Below, in pieces: positions 17,801-27,107 of a DNA stretch of 59,127 nucleotides (position 1 is the stretch's first letter; every line of letters begins with the position of its first letter). This DNA is from Clostridia bacterium. GTDB taxonomy: Bacteria > Bacillota > Clostridia > CAKSNL01 > HGM11501. The DNA is taken from NCBI GenBank assembly GCA_045644565.1, contig JAZRHF010000147.1, positions 1-59,127 on the forward strand, given 5' to 3'. A program made the position numbers and the translations under genes. The notes under the pieces were generated by a model that saw nothing but the letters and a program-made list of their open reading frames with translations, was not told the DNA's origin and ran no database searches.

Positions 17801-17825
17801 TTTTCCATGCCCCATAGGGCAAAAA

Positions 17826-18221
17826 TTATCTCTTTGAGAACTGGGGAGCACGACGAGCTGCTTTTAAGCCGTACTTCTTTCTTTCCTTCATTCTGGGGTC
17901 TCTTGTTAAGAAACCTGCAGCCTTTAAGGTTGCTCTGAAAGTATCTTCAACCTTAAGAAGAGCTCTTGCTACACCGTGACGGATTGCGCCTGCCTGACCG
18001 GAAACGCCACCACCTGTTACTGTGCAAAGAACGTCAAACTTAGAAAGTGTGCTTGTTGCATTTAAAGGCTGGCGAACGATAACCTTTAATGTTTCAAGTC
18101 CGAAATAATCGTCGATATCTCTACCGTTGATTACGATTTTACCTGTGCCGGGTACAAGTCTTACTCTGGCAACAGATTCTTTTCTTCTACCTGTTCCGTA
18201 GAACATTGTCTTATCTGCCAT
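17826..18221 (-). CDS. rpsI: 30S ribosomal protein S9
   Basis: [19 protein letters not shown] and the C-terminal [17 protein letters not shown]. Confidence 0.95.
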   Translation of the reverse strand: MADKTMFYGTGRRKESVARVRLVPGTGKIVINGRDIDDYFGLETLKVIVRQPLNATSTLSKFDVLCTVTGGGVSGQAGAIRHGVARALLKVEDTFRATLKAAGFLTRDPRMKERKKYGLKAARRAPQFSKR

Positions 18222-18238
18222 TATCGTTTACCTCCTTC

Positions 18239-18676
18239 TTACTTAATTTCGCCTGTCCATGCTTCGGGCTTCTGTGCCTCGTGAACATGGTTAGCATCTT
18301 TGTAAACTCTGAGTCTTGTGAGCTCCTGTGCGCCAAGAGTGTTGTGGGGAAGCATACCCTTAACTGCAAGGAACATTGCATGTTCGGGCTTTGTTTCCAT
18401 CATGATCTTAGCCTGAGTCTCTTTAAGACCGCCTACCCAACCTGAGTGTCTTCTGTAATACTTCTGTTCCATCTTCTTACCGGAAAGAGTTGCATCCTTA
18501 CAGTTGATGATGATAACATGATCGCCACAATCTACGTTAGGTGTGAATGTGGGCTTAATTTTGCCTCTGAGAATGCTTGCTGCAAGTGCTGCAGTACGGC
18601 CGAGGGGCTTACCTGCTGCATCAATGATGTACCATTTTCTCTCAACGGCAGAGCTTTTTTCAAGATATGTGCTCAT
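18239..18676 (-). CDS. rplM: 50S ribosomal protein L13
   Basis: Start is MSTYLEK...RKWYIIDA at 18676 with a GGAGG RBS. The ORF-track extension to 18742 runs into the promoter. Confidence 0.95.
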   Translation of the reverse strand: MSTYLEKSSAVERKWYIIDAAGKPLGRTAALAASILRGKIKPTFTPNVDCGDHVIIINCKDATLSGKKMEQKYYRRHSGWVGGLKETQAKIMMETKPEHAMFLAVKGMLPHNTLGAQELTRLRVYKDANHVHEAQKPEAWTGEIK

Positions 18677-18710
18677 AATAATACCTCCGTTCTTTTTTTC
18701 AACATTTGCT

Positions 18711-18739
18711 ATTGTAATATATTTTTTCCAACTTGTCAA
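18711..18739 (-). promoter_or_regulatory. Sigma-A promoter of rplM-rpsI
   Basis: On the minus strand: TTGACA (18739-18734), a 17-nt spacer, then TACAAT (18716-18711). Confidence 0.55.
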
Positions 18740-18885
18740 CAACTTTTTTTGATTTTTTTATTTTGTATTTCGCTACCTCGTTTTTTCTTCGTTTTTCTCT
18801 TGTTTTCTCTTTTTTACTCATTTTCAATTTTCACTTGCAAAATGAGTTTTTTTGGTATATTATATAATAAAGCGAGTGATTTATT

Positions 18886-19530
18886 ATGAAAAAAGACTAT
18901 AAGGCGGTCATTTTCGACCTTGACGGAACATTAATTGATTCCATGGCAGTATGGGAAGATGTTGACAGAAGATGGCTTATCCTCCACGGCATCGAAGTAA
19001 CAAAGGAAATCCTTGCCCGATTTAAGACCATGGATTTTACCGACGCGGTAATTTATGCACAGACCGATCTTGGCGTTAAGGAAGATAAGGACACTCTTTT
19101 CCGTCAATGGACAGAAATGGTTTATGAGGCTTATGCGAAAGAAATCCCCTTAAAGCCCTATGCCAAAGAAATTTTAGAAAAATATAAAAGCGAAGGAAAG
19201 AAAATCCTTCTCGCCACTTCCTGCAGGAAAGAGTGTTGCTATGCTTCCCTTTCCCATCTTGAGATTGATTCATATTTTGATTCCATCGTTTTTACTGAGG
19301 ATGTGGGCTTAGGAAAGGCTTATCCCGACATTTACTTAAAATGTGCCGAAATTGCAAAAGAAAATCCCAAAGACTGCCTTGTTTTTGACGACATTTACGA
19401 CGCTCTTAAAAGCAGTCATAAAGCAGGAATGGACTTTTGCGCCGTTTTTGATAAGGATACAAGCCGTCCCCTTGATTTAATGAAATCCGAATCGGATTAT
19501 TTTATCGAAAGCTTTTCCGAGCTTTTATAA
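18886..19530 (+). CDS. HAD-IA family hydrolase (beta-phosphoglucomutase-like phosphatase)
   Basis: VIFDLDGTLIDS motif I and a C-terminal FDDIYDALKSSHKAGM motif. Confidence 0.75.
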   Translation: MKKDYKAVIFDLDGTLIDSMAVWEDVDRRWLILHGIEVTKEILARFKTMDFTDAVIYAQTDLGVKEDKDTLFRQWTEMVYEAYAKEIPLKPYAKEILEKYKSEGKKILLATSCRKECCYASLSHLEIDSYFDSIVFTEDVGLGKAYPDIYLKCAEIAKENPKDCLVFDDIYDALKSSHKAGMDFCAVFDKDTSRPLDLMKSESDYFIESFSELL

Positions 19531-19549
19531 TATATAAAGGAAGAAACTT

Positions 19550-20839
19550 ATGACAGCAAAAACTTTTGCGGTGCACACTTTGGGGTGCAAAGTAAATTCA
19601 TACGAATCCAATGCAATTTCCGCCCTTTTGGAGAAAAAAGGGCTTATTCGCGTTGATTTTGAAGAAAAAGCAGATATCTATATAATTAACACCTGTTCCG
19701 TTACCAATACCGGAGACAAAAAGTCCCGTCAGGTAATAAGACGGGCAAGGAGGCAGAATCCCGATTCCTTTATCGCAGTATTGGGATGCTTTGCCCAAAG
19801 CGATCCTGAAGGTGCAAAAGCACTGGGTGCCGATTTAATTACGGGAACCTCAGACAGAAAAGAATTTACTGAAATGATTTTTAATCTTGAAAGAGGTTTT
19901 CTTGTTCGTGACGTTTCCAAAATTTCCGATTTTGAATATCTTCCCGAATCCGATAAATCCGAGCGTACACGAGCTTATATAAAGATTCAGGACGGCTGTA
20001 ACAACTTCTGTTCCTACTGCATTATCCCCTATACCAGAGGCAGAGTGAGAAGCAAGGCTCCCGACTCTGTTATATCGGAAGCAAAAGCCCTTTATTCGGC
20101 AGGCTTTAAGGAAATAGTTTTAACGGGAATTGAGGTTGCAAGCTACGGAAAGGACTTGGATTGCACAAATCTTTCAGACCTTCTCACAAAGCTTTCTGAA
20201 GAAGTCCCCTTTGAAAGAATCCGTTTAAGCTCCATTGATCCCCGTGCTTTCACCGATGATTTCATAGAAAAAACAGCACATCTGAAAGGTGTTTGTCATC
20301 ATTTCCACATATCGGCACAGTCTTTATGTTCGGACACTTTAAGGCGAATGAACCGCCATTATACGGCAGAGGATTTTTTGGAAACCTTAGAAAAAATCCG
20401 TAAGGCAATGCCTGATGCCGCCATTACCACCGACATCATAACAGGCTTTCCCGGTGAAACGGAAGAGGAATTTAATGTAACGGTCCAAAACACAAAAAAG
20501 GCTCTCTTTTCAAAGCTTCATGTTTTCCCCTATTCCGAGCGAGAGGGCACCGTTGCCTCCAAAATGGAGCAGATTCCCGTCTCCATCCGTCAGGAACGTG
20601 CAAAGCTCCTGATTGCCGAAGGCAAAAAGCTCACAAGAGATTTTGCGGAAGGTTATATCGGAAAGTCCGTCAAGGTTCTCTTTGAAGAAGGGAAAGACGG
20701 AGTTTATGAGGGCTATACGGAAAACTATTTAAGAGTTGCCGTAAAAAGCGAAAAAGACCTGTCGGGAGAAATTTTCCCTGTCACTATCAAAAAAATATCG
20801 GGGGATACTTTATTGATTGGTGTTATTGACAATTTATAA
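19550..20839 (+). CDS. mtaB: tRNA t6A37 methylthiotransferase MtaB
   Basis: N-terminal TLGCKVNSYES (MtaB-type UPF0004 domain), radical SAM CNNFCSYCIIP, and a C-terminal TRAM-like domain. Confidence 0.75.
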   Translation: MTAKTFAVHTLGCKVNSYESNAISALLEKKGLIRVDFEEKADIYIINTCSVTNTGDKKSRQVIRRARRQNPDSFIAVLGCFAQSDPEGAKALGADLITGTSDRKEFTEMIFNLERGFLVRDVSKISDFEYLPESDKSERTRAYIKIQDGCNNFCSYCIIPYTRGRVRSKAPDSVISEAKALYSAGFKEIVLTGIEVASYGKDLDCTNLSDLLTKLSEEVPFERIRLSSIDPRAFTDDFIEKTAHLKGVCHHFHISAQSLCSDTLRRMNRHYTAEDFLETLEKIRKAMPDAAITTDIITGFPGETEEEFNVTVQNTKKALFSKLHVFPYSEREGTVASKMEQIPVSIRQERAKLLIAEGKKLTRDFAEGYIGKSVKVLFEEGKDGVYEGYTENYLRVAVKSEKDLSGEIFPVTIKKISGDTLLIGVIDNL

Positions 20840-20885
20840 ATTAGGCGTTATAATAAGGATATATTAATTTTACGGAGGACAAGCT

Positions 20886-21344
20886 ATGGATACAAGTTCT
20901 TTAAAAAGCACCGCTTTCGGCGGATATGATAAGAAAAGCGTTCACGATTTTTTGGAGGAGCTTTCCTTATCCAATTCCGTCAAGCTCTCGGAAATTGCCG
21001 AAGAAAAGGGCGCACTCATGGATAAAATAGCTCTTCTCGAAAAAACAATCGCTTCATTGGAAGAAAAGCTTGGTGCCTCCGAAATGGAAAAGGACCATGT
21101 GGCAAACGCTATTGTTTCTGCTGAGAAAGAAGCGGCAAAAATCCTTTCCGATGCACTGAAAGAAGCCGAAGAAGTTAAAAGTAGCGCCAAAGCAGCCGCA
21201 GAGCTTTTAAAAGAGGATACAAGAAAAGAGCTTAAGGATGAGTTTGACAAAATCAAGGATCTTCGCATTTCAACCCTCCAGGCAATGACACAATATAAGG
21301 ATAAGCTTGACGCTATCAACAAAAGACTTGGCGGAGAAGAATAA
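20886..21344 (+). CDS. DivIVA-domain coiled-coil protein
   Basis: FGGYDKKSVHDFLEEL resembles the DivIVA-domain signature (RGYdxxEVdxFL). The rest is heptad-rich, acidic and basic coiled coil. Confidence 0.45.
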   Translation: MDTSSLKSTAFGGYDKKSVHDFLEELSLSNSVKLSEIAEEKGALMDKIALLEKTIASLEEKLGASEMEKDHVANAIVSAEKEAAKILSDALKEAEEVKSSAKAAAELLKEDTRKELKDEFDKIKDLRISTLQAMTQYKDKLDAINKRLGGEE

Positions 21345-21376
21345 AAACATAAGGGCTGTCGCTGACAGCCCTTATT
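21345..21376. terminator. Bidirectional terminator hairpin
   Basis: aagggctgtc-gct-gacagccctt. The T-run is better on the minus strand and overlaps the GNAT gene stop. Confidence 0.5.
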
Positions 21377-22019
21377 TCCTACCTATAAACCTCACATATC
21401 GGCAAACTTCCATGCCTCCCGCACCGATTACGGTGTTAACAGAAGCCGTATTTTCACTTCGACATTCGTATAAAACCTTTATACCCTTTTCTTTCAAATG
21501 ATTGCAAAGTGCCAAAAGGCAAGACTTTGCATAGCCTTTTTTTCTTTCAGAGGGAGCAGTTTCTATGTGGATGTTTGCAACATTATCTTTTATTACCGCA
21601 CCTGCCAAAGATACCACCTTCCCGTCTTTTAATATCCCGTAGACGGGGCCCTTTTCAGTAAGATAGGACAGGTCAGAAAACAAAGCGTCCTCTTCCCTTC
21701 CCGTAAGCCTTACGGCATCGGTTTCTTTTCCGATTCCGCTTAAATCAAAGCATCTTATCACGCTTATGTGTTTATCAATTATAAATCCTTTTCCGGCAAT
21801 ATGTTCCCCGCAAAGGGCGTAAACCTTCAAAAGATTATCATCATTGAAATAATCATCAATCCTGCGAAGCTTCGGAAGCAGTTCCTTTTCTGCAGAAACG
21901 TAATATTTACCGTTTTCGCAAAGTATTACACAAGGCTCCAACCAACAGCCTTCATCCCATTTTCTTTCCTCAAAAGGAACCTTTTCCAGGTCAAGAAAGG
22001 AAAAACAATAATCTATCAT
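21372..22019 (-). CDS. GNAT-family N-acetyltransferase
   Basis: The C-terminal half has an acetyl-CoA motif-like ERKKGYAKSCLLAL. Preferred start is MIDYCFSF at 22019. The ORF-track extension to 22133 would overlap the divergent ppx-like gene. Confidence 0.6.
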   Translation of the reverse strand: MIDYCFSFLDLEKVPFEERKWDEGCWLEPCVILCENGKYYVSAEKELLPKLRRIDDYFNDDNLLKVYALCGEHIAGKGFIIDKHISVIRCFDLSGIGKETDAVRLTGREEDALFSDLSYLTEKGPVYGILKDGKVVSLAGAVIKDNVANIHIETAPSERKKGYAKSCLLALCNHLKEKGIKVLYECRSENTASVNTVIGAGGMEVCRYVRFIGRK

Positions 22020-22074
22020 AAAATCACCTTTTTTATAATAGCAGAAAATCCTCTTTTTGTAAAGGAGCATTGAT

Positions 22075-22941
22075 ATGAAAATAGCAATAATCGACTTAGG
22101 TTCAAATTCCGCAAGAATGACCATCTGGGGCATTTACGGCGGAAAAATTGAAATCATTACTAACAAAAGATTATATGTAAGGCTTTCAGAAGGTCTTTCG
22201 GAAAACAATTTAATAAAGGAAGAACCTTTTGAGAGAACACTTTCGGCATTATCCGAATTTTCCGATATTATAAAAAAGGAAAAATGCGATATTGTAAAGG
22301 CTGTTGCCACAGAAACACTCCGACGTGCCGATAACTCTGATGAAATACTGAAGAAAATATATGACGAAACCGGCATAAACATCGAAATTCTTACGGGGGA
22401 CGATGAGGCAAGGTATGACTACCTCGCCGCAGAAGATTTAACAAAAGATTCTGTCGCTTTCTTAATGGATGTGGGCGGCGGAAGTATTGAAATCATACGT
22501 GCAGAAAAAGGGGCAGTATCAGGTCACATATCGCTCCCGCTTGGAGCTGTGGTATCAACCGACAAAGCAGGCACAGACATAAATGCCCTTGATAAGCTTT
22601 TTAGGGATGAATTTTCCCGCCTTTCCTTTGTAAACAAGGCTGACAGCTCCGTAATAGTAGGGCTTGGCGGCTCTGTCCGTTCGCTTTTCTCTTATGCAGG
22701 AAAGCTGTTTGACGGTGCAGAGTTAAAAAGAGACGAGTTTTTTGATTATTTCGAAAAAATTCTATCGGAAGACCGCGAAATTCTGAAAACCCTTCCCTCT
22801 TTTTCCGACCGATATGATATAATAAACGCAGGTCTTATGCCATACGTTGTTCTTTTCCGCTTAACAGGTGCCGAAAAAATTATCCTTTGCAACAGAGGTG
22901 TAAGGGAGGGAATTTTAATAGAATGTCTGAAAAAAAATTAA
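22075..22941 (+). CDS. Ppx/GppA-family phosphatase (N-terminal ASKHA domains only)
   Basis: MKIAIIDLGSNSARM and DVGGGSIEI phosphate-binding motifs. Confidence 0.75.
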   Translation: MKIAIIDLGSNSARMTIWGIYGGKIEIITNKRLYVRLSEGLSENNLIKEEPFERTLSALSEFSDIIKKEKCDIVKAVATETLRRADNSDEILKKIYDETGINIEILTGDDEARYDYLAAEDLTKDSVAFLMDVGGGSIEIIRAEKGAVSGHISLPLGAVVSTDKAGTDINALDKLFRDEFSRLSFVNKADSSVIVGLGGSVRSLFSYAGKLFDGAELKRDEFFDYFEKILSEDREILKTLPSFSDRYDIINAGLMPYVVLFRLTGAEKIILCNRGVREGILIECLKKN

Positions 22942-23693
22942 AAGAAGAAATAAAAAAAGAAGCAAATGCCCTCGGCATTGAGCAGATAGGCTTTTGCTCC
23001 CACGAAGGAAAAACCGCCGTTTGTTGCTTATTTCCCTATTACCATAATGACGGAAAAGATGCAAATATTTCCATGTACGCAAGGGGAATTGACTATCACA
23101 TTTTAGCAAAAGCAAAGCTTTTTACGCTCATTTCCCATTTTACTGAGAATTTTGAAATAAGGGTTGATATCGGGCCCATTGATAACACGGAGGTTGCTTA
23201 TAAAGCAGGGCTCGGAGTTATGGGGAAAAACCGCCTTTTAATAAACCCATCTCTCGGTTCCTACTTTTTCATAGGCTATGCCTTGACAGACCTTGATATT
23301 GAGCCCGATTCCCCTGTTACCGGCAGTTGCCTTTCCTGCAACCGATGCATTTTAGAATGCCCGGGCACTGCTTTATCTGCAGGTGGCTTTGAGCTTTCAA
23401 AATGTGCCAGTCACATTTCCCAGAAAAAGGGGGAGCTTTCCTTTGATGAAATCAAAGTCCTGAAAAAATCAAAGCTTATCTGGGGCTGTGACATCTGTCA
23501 GGAAGTTTGCCCCATGAATAAAATCCCCTTAAAATCCATGGCTGAATTTACCGAAAACAGAATCCCTGTCCTTAAAAAAGAAGATATCGAAAATTTATCA
23601 AACAGGGAGTTTTCAGAAAAATACTCTGACCGTGCCTTTACCTGGCGGGGAAAAGCAGTGCTTCTTAGAAATATGGAGCTATTAAAAAAATAA
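22923..23693 (+). CDS. queG: Epoxyqueuosine reductase QueG-like 4Fe-4S protein (short form)
   Basis: YARGIDYH, AGLGVMGKNRLLINP..GSYFFIG, and two ferredoxin motifs (CLSCNRCILECP, GCDICQEVCPMNK). Start is MSEKKL at 22923, overlapping the upstream gene by 19 nt. Confidence 0.6.
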   Translation: MSEKKLKEEIKKEANALGIEQIGFCSHEGKTAVCCLFPYYHNDGKDANISMYARGIDYHILAKAKLFTLISHFTENFEIRVDIGPIDNTEVAYKAGLGVMGKNRLLINPSLGSYFFIGYALTDLDIEPDSPVTGSCLSCNRCILECPGTALSAGGFELSKCASHISQKKGELSFDEIKVLKKSKLIWGCDICQEVCPMNKIPLKSMAEFTENRIPVLKKEDIENLSNREFSEKYSDRAFTWRGKAVLLRNMELLKK

Positions 23694-23724
23694 CTGTCTT
23701 ACGCTGTAAGACAGTTATTTTTTT
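23685..23724. terminator. Bidirectional intrinsic terminator
   Basis: Perfect 11-bp stem aactgtcttac-gct-gtaagacagtt, flanked by A7 and T7 runs. Confidence 0.75.
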
Positions 23725-24595
23725 ATACATCCAGTCTTGATTTTATCGTTTTAATATAATCAGATGGCGAAATACCTTCCATTTTCTTAAAAAGCCTGCT
23801 GAAATAATGAAGCGAGGAAAAGCGAAGCATTGTGGCAATTTCGGAAAGGTTATAGTTCCCCTCTCTCATAAGTTTTTTAGCTTCCTTTACTTTAAGATTA
23901 TTGATATAGCCAATTACCGTATCTCCCGTTGCTTTTCTGAACATACTGCAAAGGGTGGTTTTGTTTGTTCCGAATATAAAGCAAAGCTCGGAAAGTGTGA
24001 TTTTTTCCCTGAAATTTGTTTTTAAGTATTCACATATCTCAGACAAACTGCGGTCCTCCGTTTCATTTTCCGAGGATATCTTTTCTGCTTCGGATGAGCG
24101 CACAAGTTCAATTAAAAATATTTCAAGCTTTAGCTTTATCATCTGATCTGCACCGAAGGGATAGTTTTTCTTCTTTTTCATATCCCGGAGATTGGGAATG
24201 TCATATGGACCTTCAAAAACCGTTCTTCCCTCTTTTATTATCTCCGTTAAAATTTTCTGCAAGGCAGAGTTTAATATAACGGCATTTCCGGAAAAATCAT
24301 CAAGCCTTTTCGAATCACACTCGAATCCGATTATAATTACATTGGGAGCAGTGTTATTTATGCAGCGAAGAGAATGCATCTCCCCTGTTTTATGAATTAT
24401 CATCATTCCTTCTTTTAGCATGCCGGTAAAATTTTCAGCTTCCACAGAAATTTCACCGGTATCCACATAAACAAGCTCTCTGAAGGCGTGACTGTCTTTA
24501 TGCGTTTGATATTCTTTTGTGAATTCAAAATAATGGATGTTTGCTATTCGGCTTACAACAACAGCCATGTCAAACTTTTTAAGCTTAAACTCCAT
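23723..24595 (-). CDS. AraC-family transcriptional regulator (cupin sensor + HTH)
   Basis: C-terminal AraC HTH (LSELCFIFGTNKTTLCSMFRK...IATMLRFSSLHYFSRLFKK). Start is MEFKLKKF at 24595 with GGAGG 7 nt upstream. Confidence 0.8.
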   Translation of the reverse strand: MEFKLKKFDMAVVVSRIANIHYFEFTKEYQTHKDSHAFRELVYVDTGEISVEAENFTGMLKEGMMIIHKTGEMHSLRCINNTAPNVIIIGFECDSKRLDDFSGNAVILNSALQKILTEIIKEGRTVFEGPYDIPNLRDMKKKKNYPFGADQMIKLKLEIFLIELVRSSEAEKISSENETEDRSLSEICEYLKTNFREKITLSELCFIFGTNKTTLCSMFRKATGDTVIGYINNLKVKEAKKLMREGNYNLSEIATMLRFSSLHYFSRLFKKMEGISPSDYIKTIKSRLDV

Positions 24596-24763
24596 TTCAT
24601 CGCCTCCTATTATTGATTTTATTCTTTTTGCCTCTTTTGTCAACAAAAAATTTATTCAATATTAATTTTATTTACTATTATGCAAAATGAATTTAATATA
24701 AACCAAATACAAATCATTAATTTATATTTATAATGAATTTATGATTATAAAGGAGGTTTTTAT

Positions 24764-25936
24764 ATGTCAAGAATTTGTATTCCGGATTACGAATATAGGG
24801 AGAGAATTGCAAGAGCTGCAAAAAAGGTGGCAGACAGTGGGCTTGATGTTATGGTCGTTTGCTCAACCGAATCAGACTACGCCAATGCAAGATACTTTTC
24901 CGGCTTCTGGCCTTTGTTTGAAAGGGCAGGTGTTGCAATTGCCGCAAATGGTGATGCCGCTCTCCTTGTAGGTCCGGAGTGTATCATCTTTGCAAAAGAT
25001 GTTGCCAAAATGAATAAAATTTTCTGCTTAAAGGAATTCAGAGAGTCTGCCGACCCTTCATACCCGGAGCTTAAGGCAAGCACCTTCCGGGATGTTTTTG
25101 CCGCAATAGGTGTTAAGGGCGAAAACATAAAAATCGGTCTCGGAAGCTATGTTGAATGCACCCTTCCTATTTACGAAGGGCTCCGTGACAGCTTTCCCAA
25201 GGCAGAAATCGTAAAGTGCAATGAAATTATGGTTGATCTTCGCAAAATAAAGAGCGAAAATGAGCTTTTATGCATAAAGGAAGGTTTCCGCATAATTGAT
25301 AAGGCAACAGACGAGGTTATAAGGAAATTAAAGCCCGGAGTAACAGAGCTTCAGATGGTTGGTATTGCACAGAAGGTAATTTATGAGGAAGGTGCAGAAT
25401 ACGAAGGACTTCCCATGTATGTATTCAGCGAAAAATCCACAAGTCACGCAATAAGTCGTTCAGGTTATCGTACCATAAATAAGGGAGATATCGTCCAACT
25501 TAACTTATCTGCAAAAATCGACGGCTACTCTCCCTCCATCGGTCTTCCCGTTGTAATGGGTAAACTTACCGGCGAACGTCGCAGAGTTGTTGAATTTTGC
25601 TTGGATGCCCACAACTGGACAGTTGACCGCCTTAAGGCAGGCGTTATAGCAAGTGACATTGCAAAGGACTTTTACAAGATGTATGTTGATAACGGCTTTA
25701 AGGACAACTTTGTTTACGGTCCCTGCCACGGCACCGGTATGATTGAGGTTGAAGCTCCCTGGATGGAAACGATTTCAGACTATCCGCTGGAGAAGAATAT
25801 GACATTCCAGGTTGACACCTTTATTTCGGGCGACGGCTTCGGCGTACGTTGGGAAAAAGGCGTTGCAATTACGGAAACAGGCTGCACCTCTATGACAGAT
25901 TACCTCAAAAAAGGCATAATCGAACTTGATTTTTAA
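24764..25936 (+). CDS. M24-family (pita-bread fold) protein, creatinase/Xaa-Pro-peptidase-like, with apparently degenerate metal ligands
   Basis: Creatinase/prolidase-type N-terminal domain followed by an M24 core. The positions expected for metal ligands read GDIVQLNLSAKIDGYSPSIGLP and CHGTGMIEVEAP (by-eye alignment). Confidence 0.7.
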   Translation: MSRICIPDYEYRERIARAAKKVADSGLDVMVVCSTESDYANARYFSGFWPLFERAGVAIAANGDAALLVGPECIIFAKDVAKMNKIFCLKEFRESADPSYPELKASTFRDVFAAIGVKGENIKIGLGSYVECTLPIYEGLRDSFPKAEIVKCNEIMVDLRKIKSENELLCIKEGFRIIDKATDEVIRKLKPGVTELQMVGIAQKVIYEEGAEYEGLPMYVFSEKSTSHAISRSGYRTINKGDIVQLNLSAKIDGYSPSIGLPVVMGKLTGERRRVVEFCLDAHNWTVDRLKAGVIASDIAKDFYKMYVDNGFKDNFVYGPCHGTGMIEVEAPWMETISDYPLEKNMTFQVDTFISGDGFGVRWEKGVAITETGCTSMTDYLKKGIIELDF

Positions 25937-25948
25937 TGAGGTGAAACT

Positions 25949-26314
25949 ATGTCTATAGGAAAAAAAGAATGGATTATCCCCGATTGTGAGCTTCCTCCCG
26001 AAGGAGAGGGTGAGCTTAAAGGTCACGAATCGGTAATTATAGTAAATGATTCAGATATTGATGCCGAAATATCCGTAAAGCTTTACTTTACCGATTGCGA
26101 TGCATATGAGGACATCAAATGGACCGTTGAGAAAAACAGAGTTAAATGCTTCAGAATGAACAATTTAACCGATATGTGCGGTTTTTCCGTTCCTCTTGAA
26201 ACCCAGTATGCAATGAAAATTTCAAGCAACACTCCCATAGTTGCGCAATACGGAAGACTTGACAACCGTCAGATTAATCTTGCCTATTATACTACCCTCG
26301 GCTATGCCGAATAA
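25949..26314 (+). CDS. Sensory rhodopsin transducer (ASRT) family protein
   Basis: 121 aa. IGKKEWIIPD...GHESVIIVNDSDIDAEISVKLYFTD...RVKCFRMNNL...QYAMKISSNTPIVAQYGRLDNRQINLAYYTTLGY parallels, as recalled, the Anabaena ASRT sequence (SHETVCILN..DA.V.I..YY.D...R.NDL...IQSNVPIVVQHTRLDSRQ). Confidence 0.6.
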   Translation: MSIGKKEWIIPDCELPPEGEGELKGHESVIIVNDSDIDAEISVKLYFTDCDAYEDIKWTVEKNRVKCFRMNNLTDMCGFSVPLETQYAMKISSNTPIVAQYGRLDNRQINLAYYTTLGYAE

Positions 26315-26324
26315 GGAGGATATT

Positions 26325-27059
26325 ATGGAACTTAATTTCAGTTTTCCAAAGGAACTTGCCCGTGTAAAAGAAGAAAAAATCCCCGTGGTTTTATGCGGAG
26401 GAACAGTGGAATATCACGGTGCACACTGTTCTTTCGGATGCGACTCTTTAATTGCCGAAGGGCTTATTAAAAAGCTTTCCGAAAAAAAGGAAATTATGAT
26501 TTATCCCACGGTTTATTACAGCCCTTCAAGCTATGCTGTAGCGGACGAGACAAGCGGCACGGTTCACATTGAAGAGGACATTTTTGAATCCTACCTTTTC
26601 GGAATATTCAAAAATATGCTTTATGCAGGGCTTCGCAACATATACGTTGTAATCCACCATCAGTTTGAATCGGAAAGCCTGATGCCTATGACACTTTCTT
26701 ATATGAAGGCGGCAAAGCGTGCCACAATGCGCTATCTGGAGGAAACACTTGGCAAAGGCTGGTGGGGCAGCGAAAGTTTTTCGGACTACTATGACAATTT
26801 GGGCGGTGGCGATGACCCATTTTCCTGGATAAAAGTTATCCCTACGATGAACACAGAAGTTCAGAAAGCAACAGGCTATGATCACGCCGGAAAATATGAG
26901 TGCTCAATTTTAATGGCATTATACCCCGAAGCCGTAAAAAAAGAACGCCTCGGCGACGTCAATCACTGGTTTGCCGAAAGTGCTAAGGATGCATCCGCTG
27001 AATTAGGTCAGAAAATGGTTGAAAAATCCCTTGCTTATCTGGATGAAAAAATAAAATAA
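26325..27059 (+). CDS. Creatininase-family amidohydrolase
   Basis: GGTVEYHGAHCSFGCD matches the E-x-H-G-x-H...D metal motif of the creatininase family. Start is MELNFSF at 26325 with AAGGAGGA upstream. Confidence 0.7.
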   Translation: MELNFSFPKELARVKEEKIPVVLCGGTVEYHGAHCSFGCDSLIAEGLIKKLSEKKEIMIYPTVYYSPSSYAVADETSGTVHIEEDIFESYLFGIFKNMLYAGLRNIYVVIHHQFESESLMPMTLSYMKAAKRATMRYLEETLGKGWWGSESFSDYYDNLGGGDDPFSWIKVIPTMNTEVQKATGYDHAGKYECSILMALYPEAVKKERLGDVNHWFAESAKDASAELGQKMVEKSLAYLDEKIK

Positions 27060-27070
27060 TAATTAATACT

Positions 27071-27103
27071 AAAAAACCGGCAGGCGTTTGCCTGCCGGTT
27101 TTC
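27071..27103. terminator. Bidirectional intrinsic terminator
   Basis: aaaaaa-ccggcaggc-gttt-gcctgccgg-tttt. Confidence 0.75.
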
Positions 27104-27107
27104 ATTA

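Noticed and set aside
24686-24741. A 10-bp direct repeat AATGAATTTA (24686 and 24732) between the AraC gene and the M24 gene, as a possible AraC operator.
   Set aside because: It is short, entirely AT-rich and 46 bp apart, which is not an integral helical multiple typical of AraC half-sites. It cannot be distinguished from chance in this spacer.
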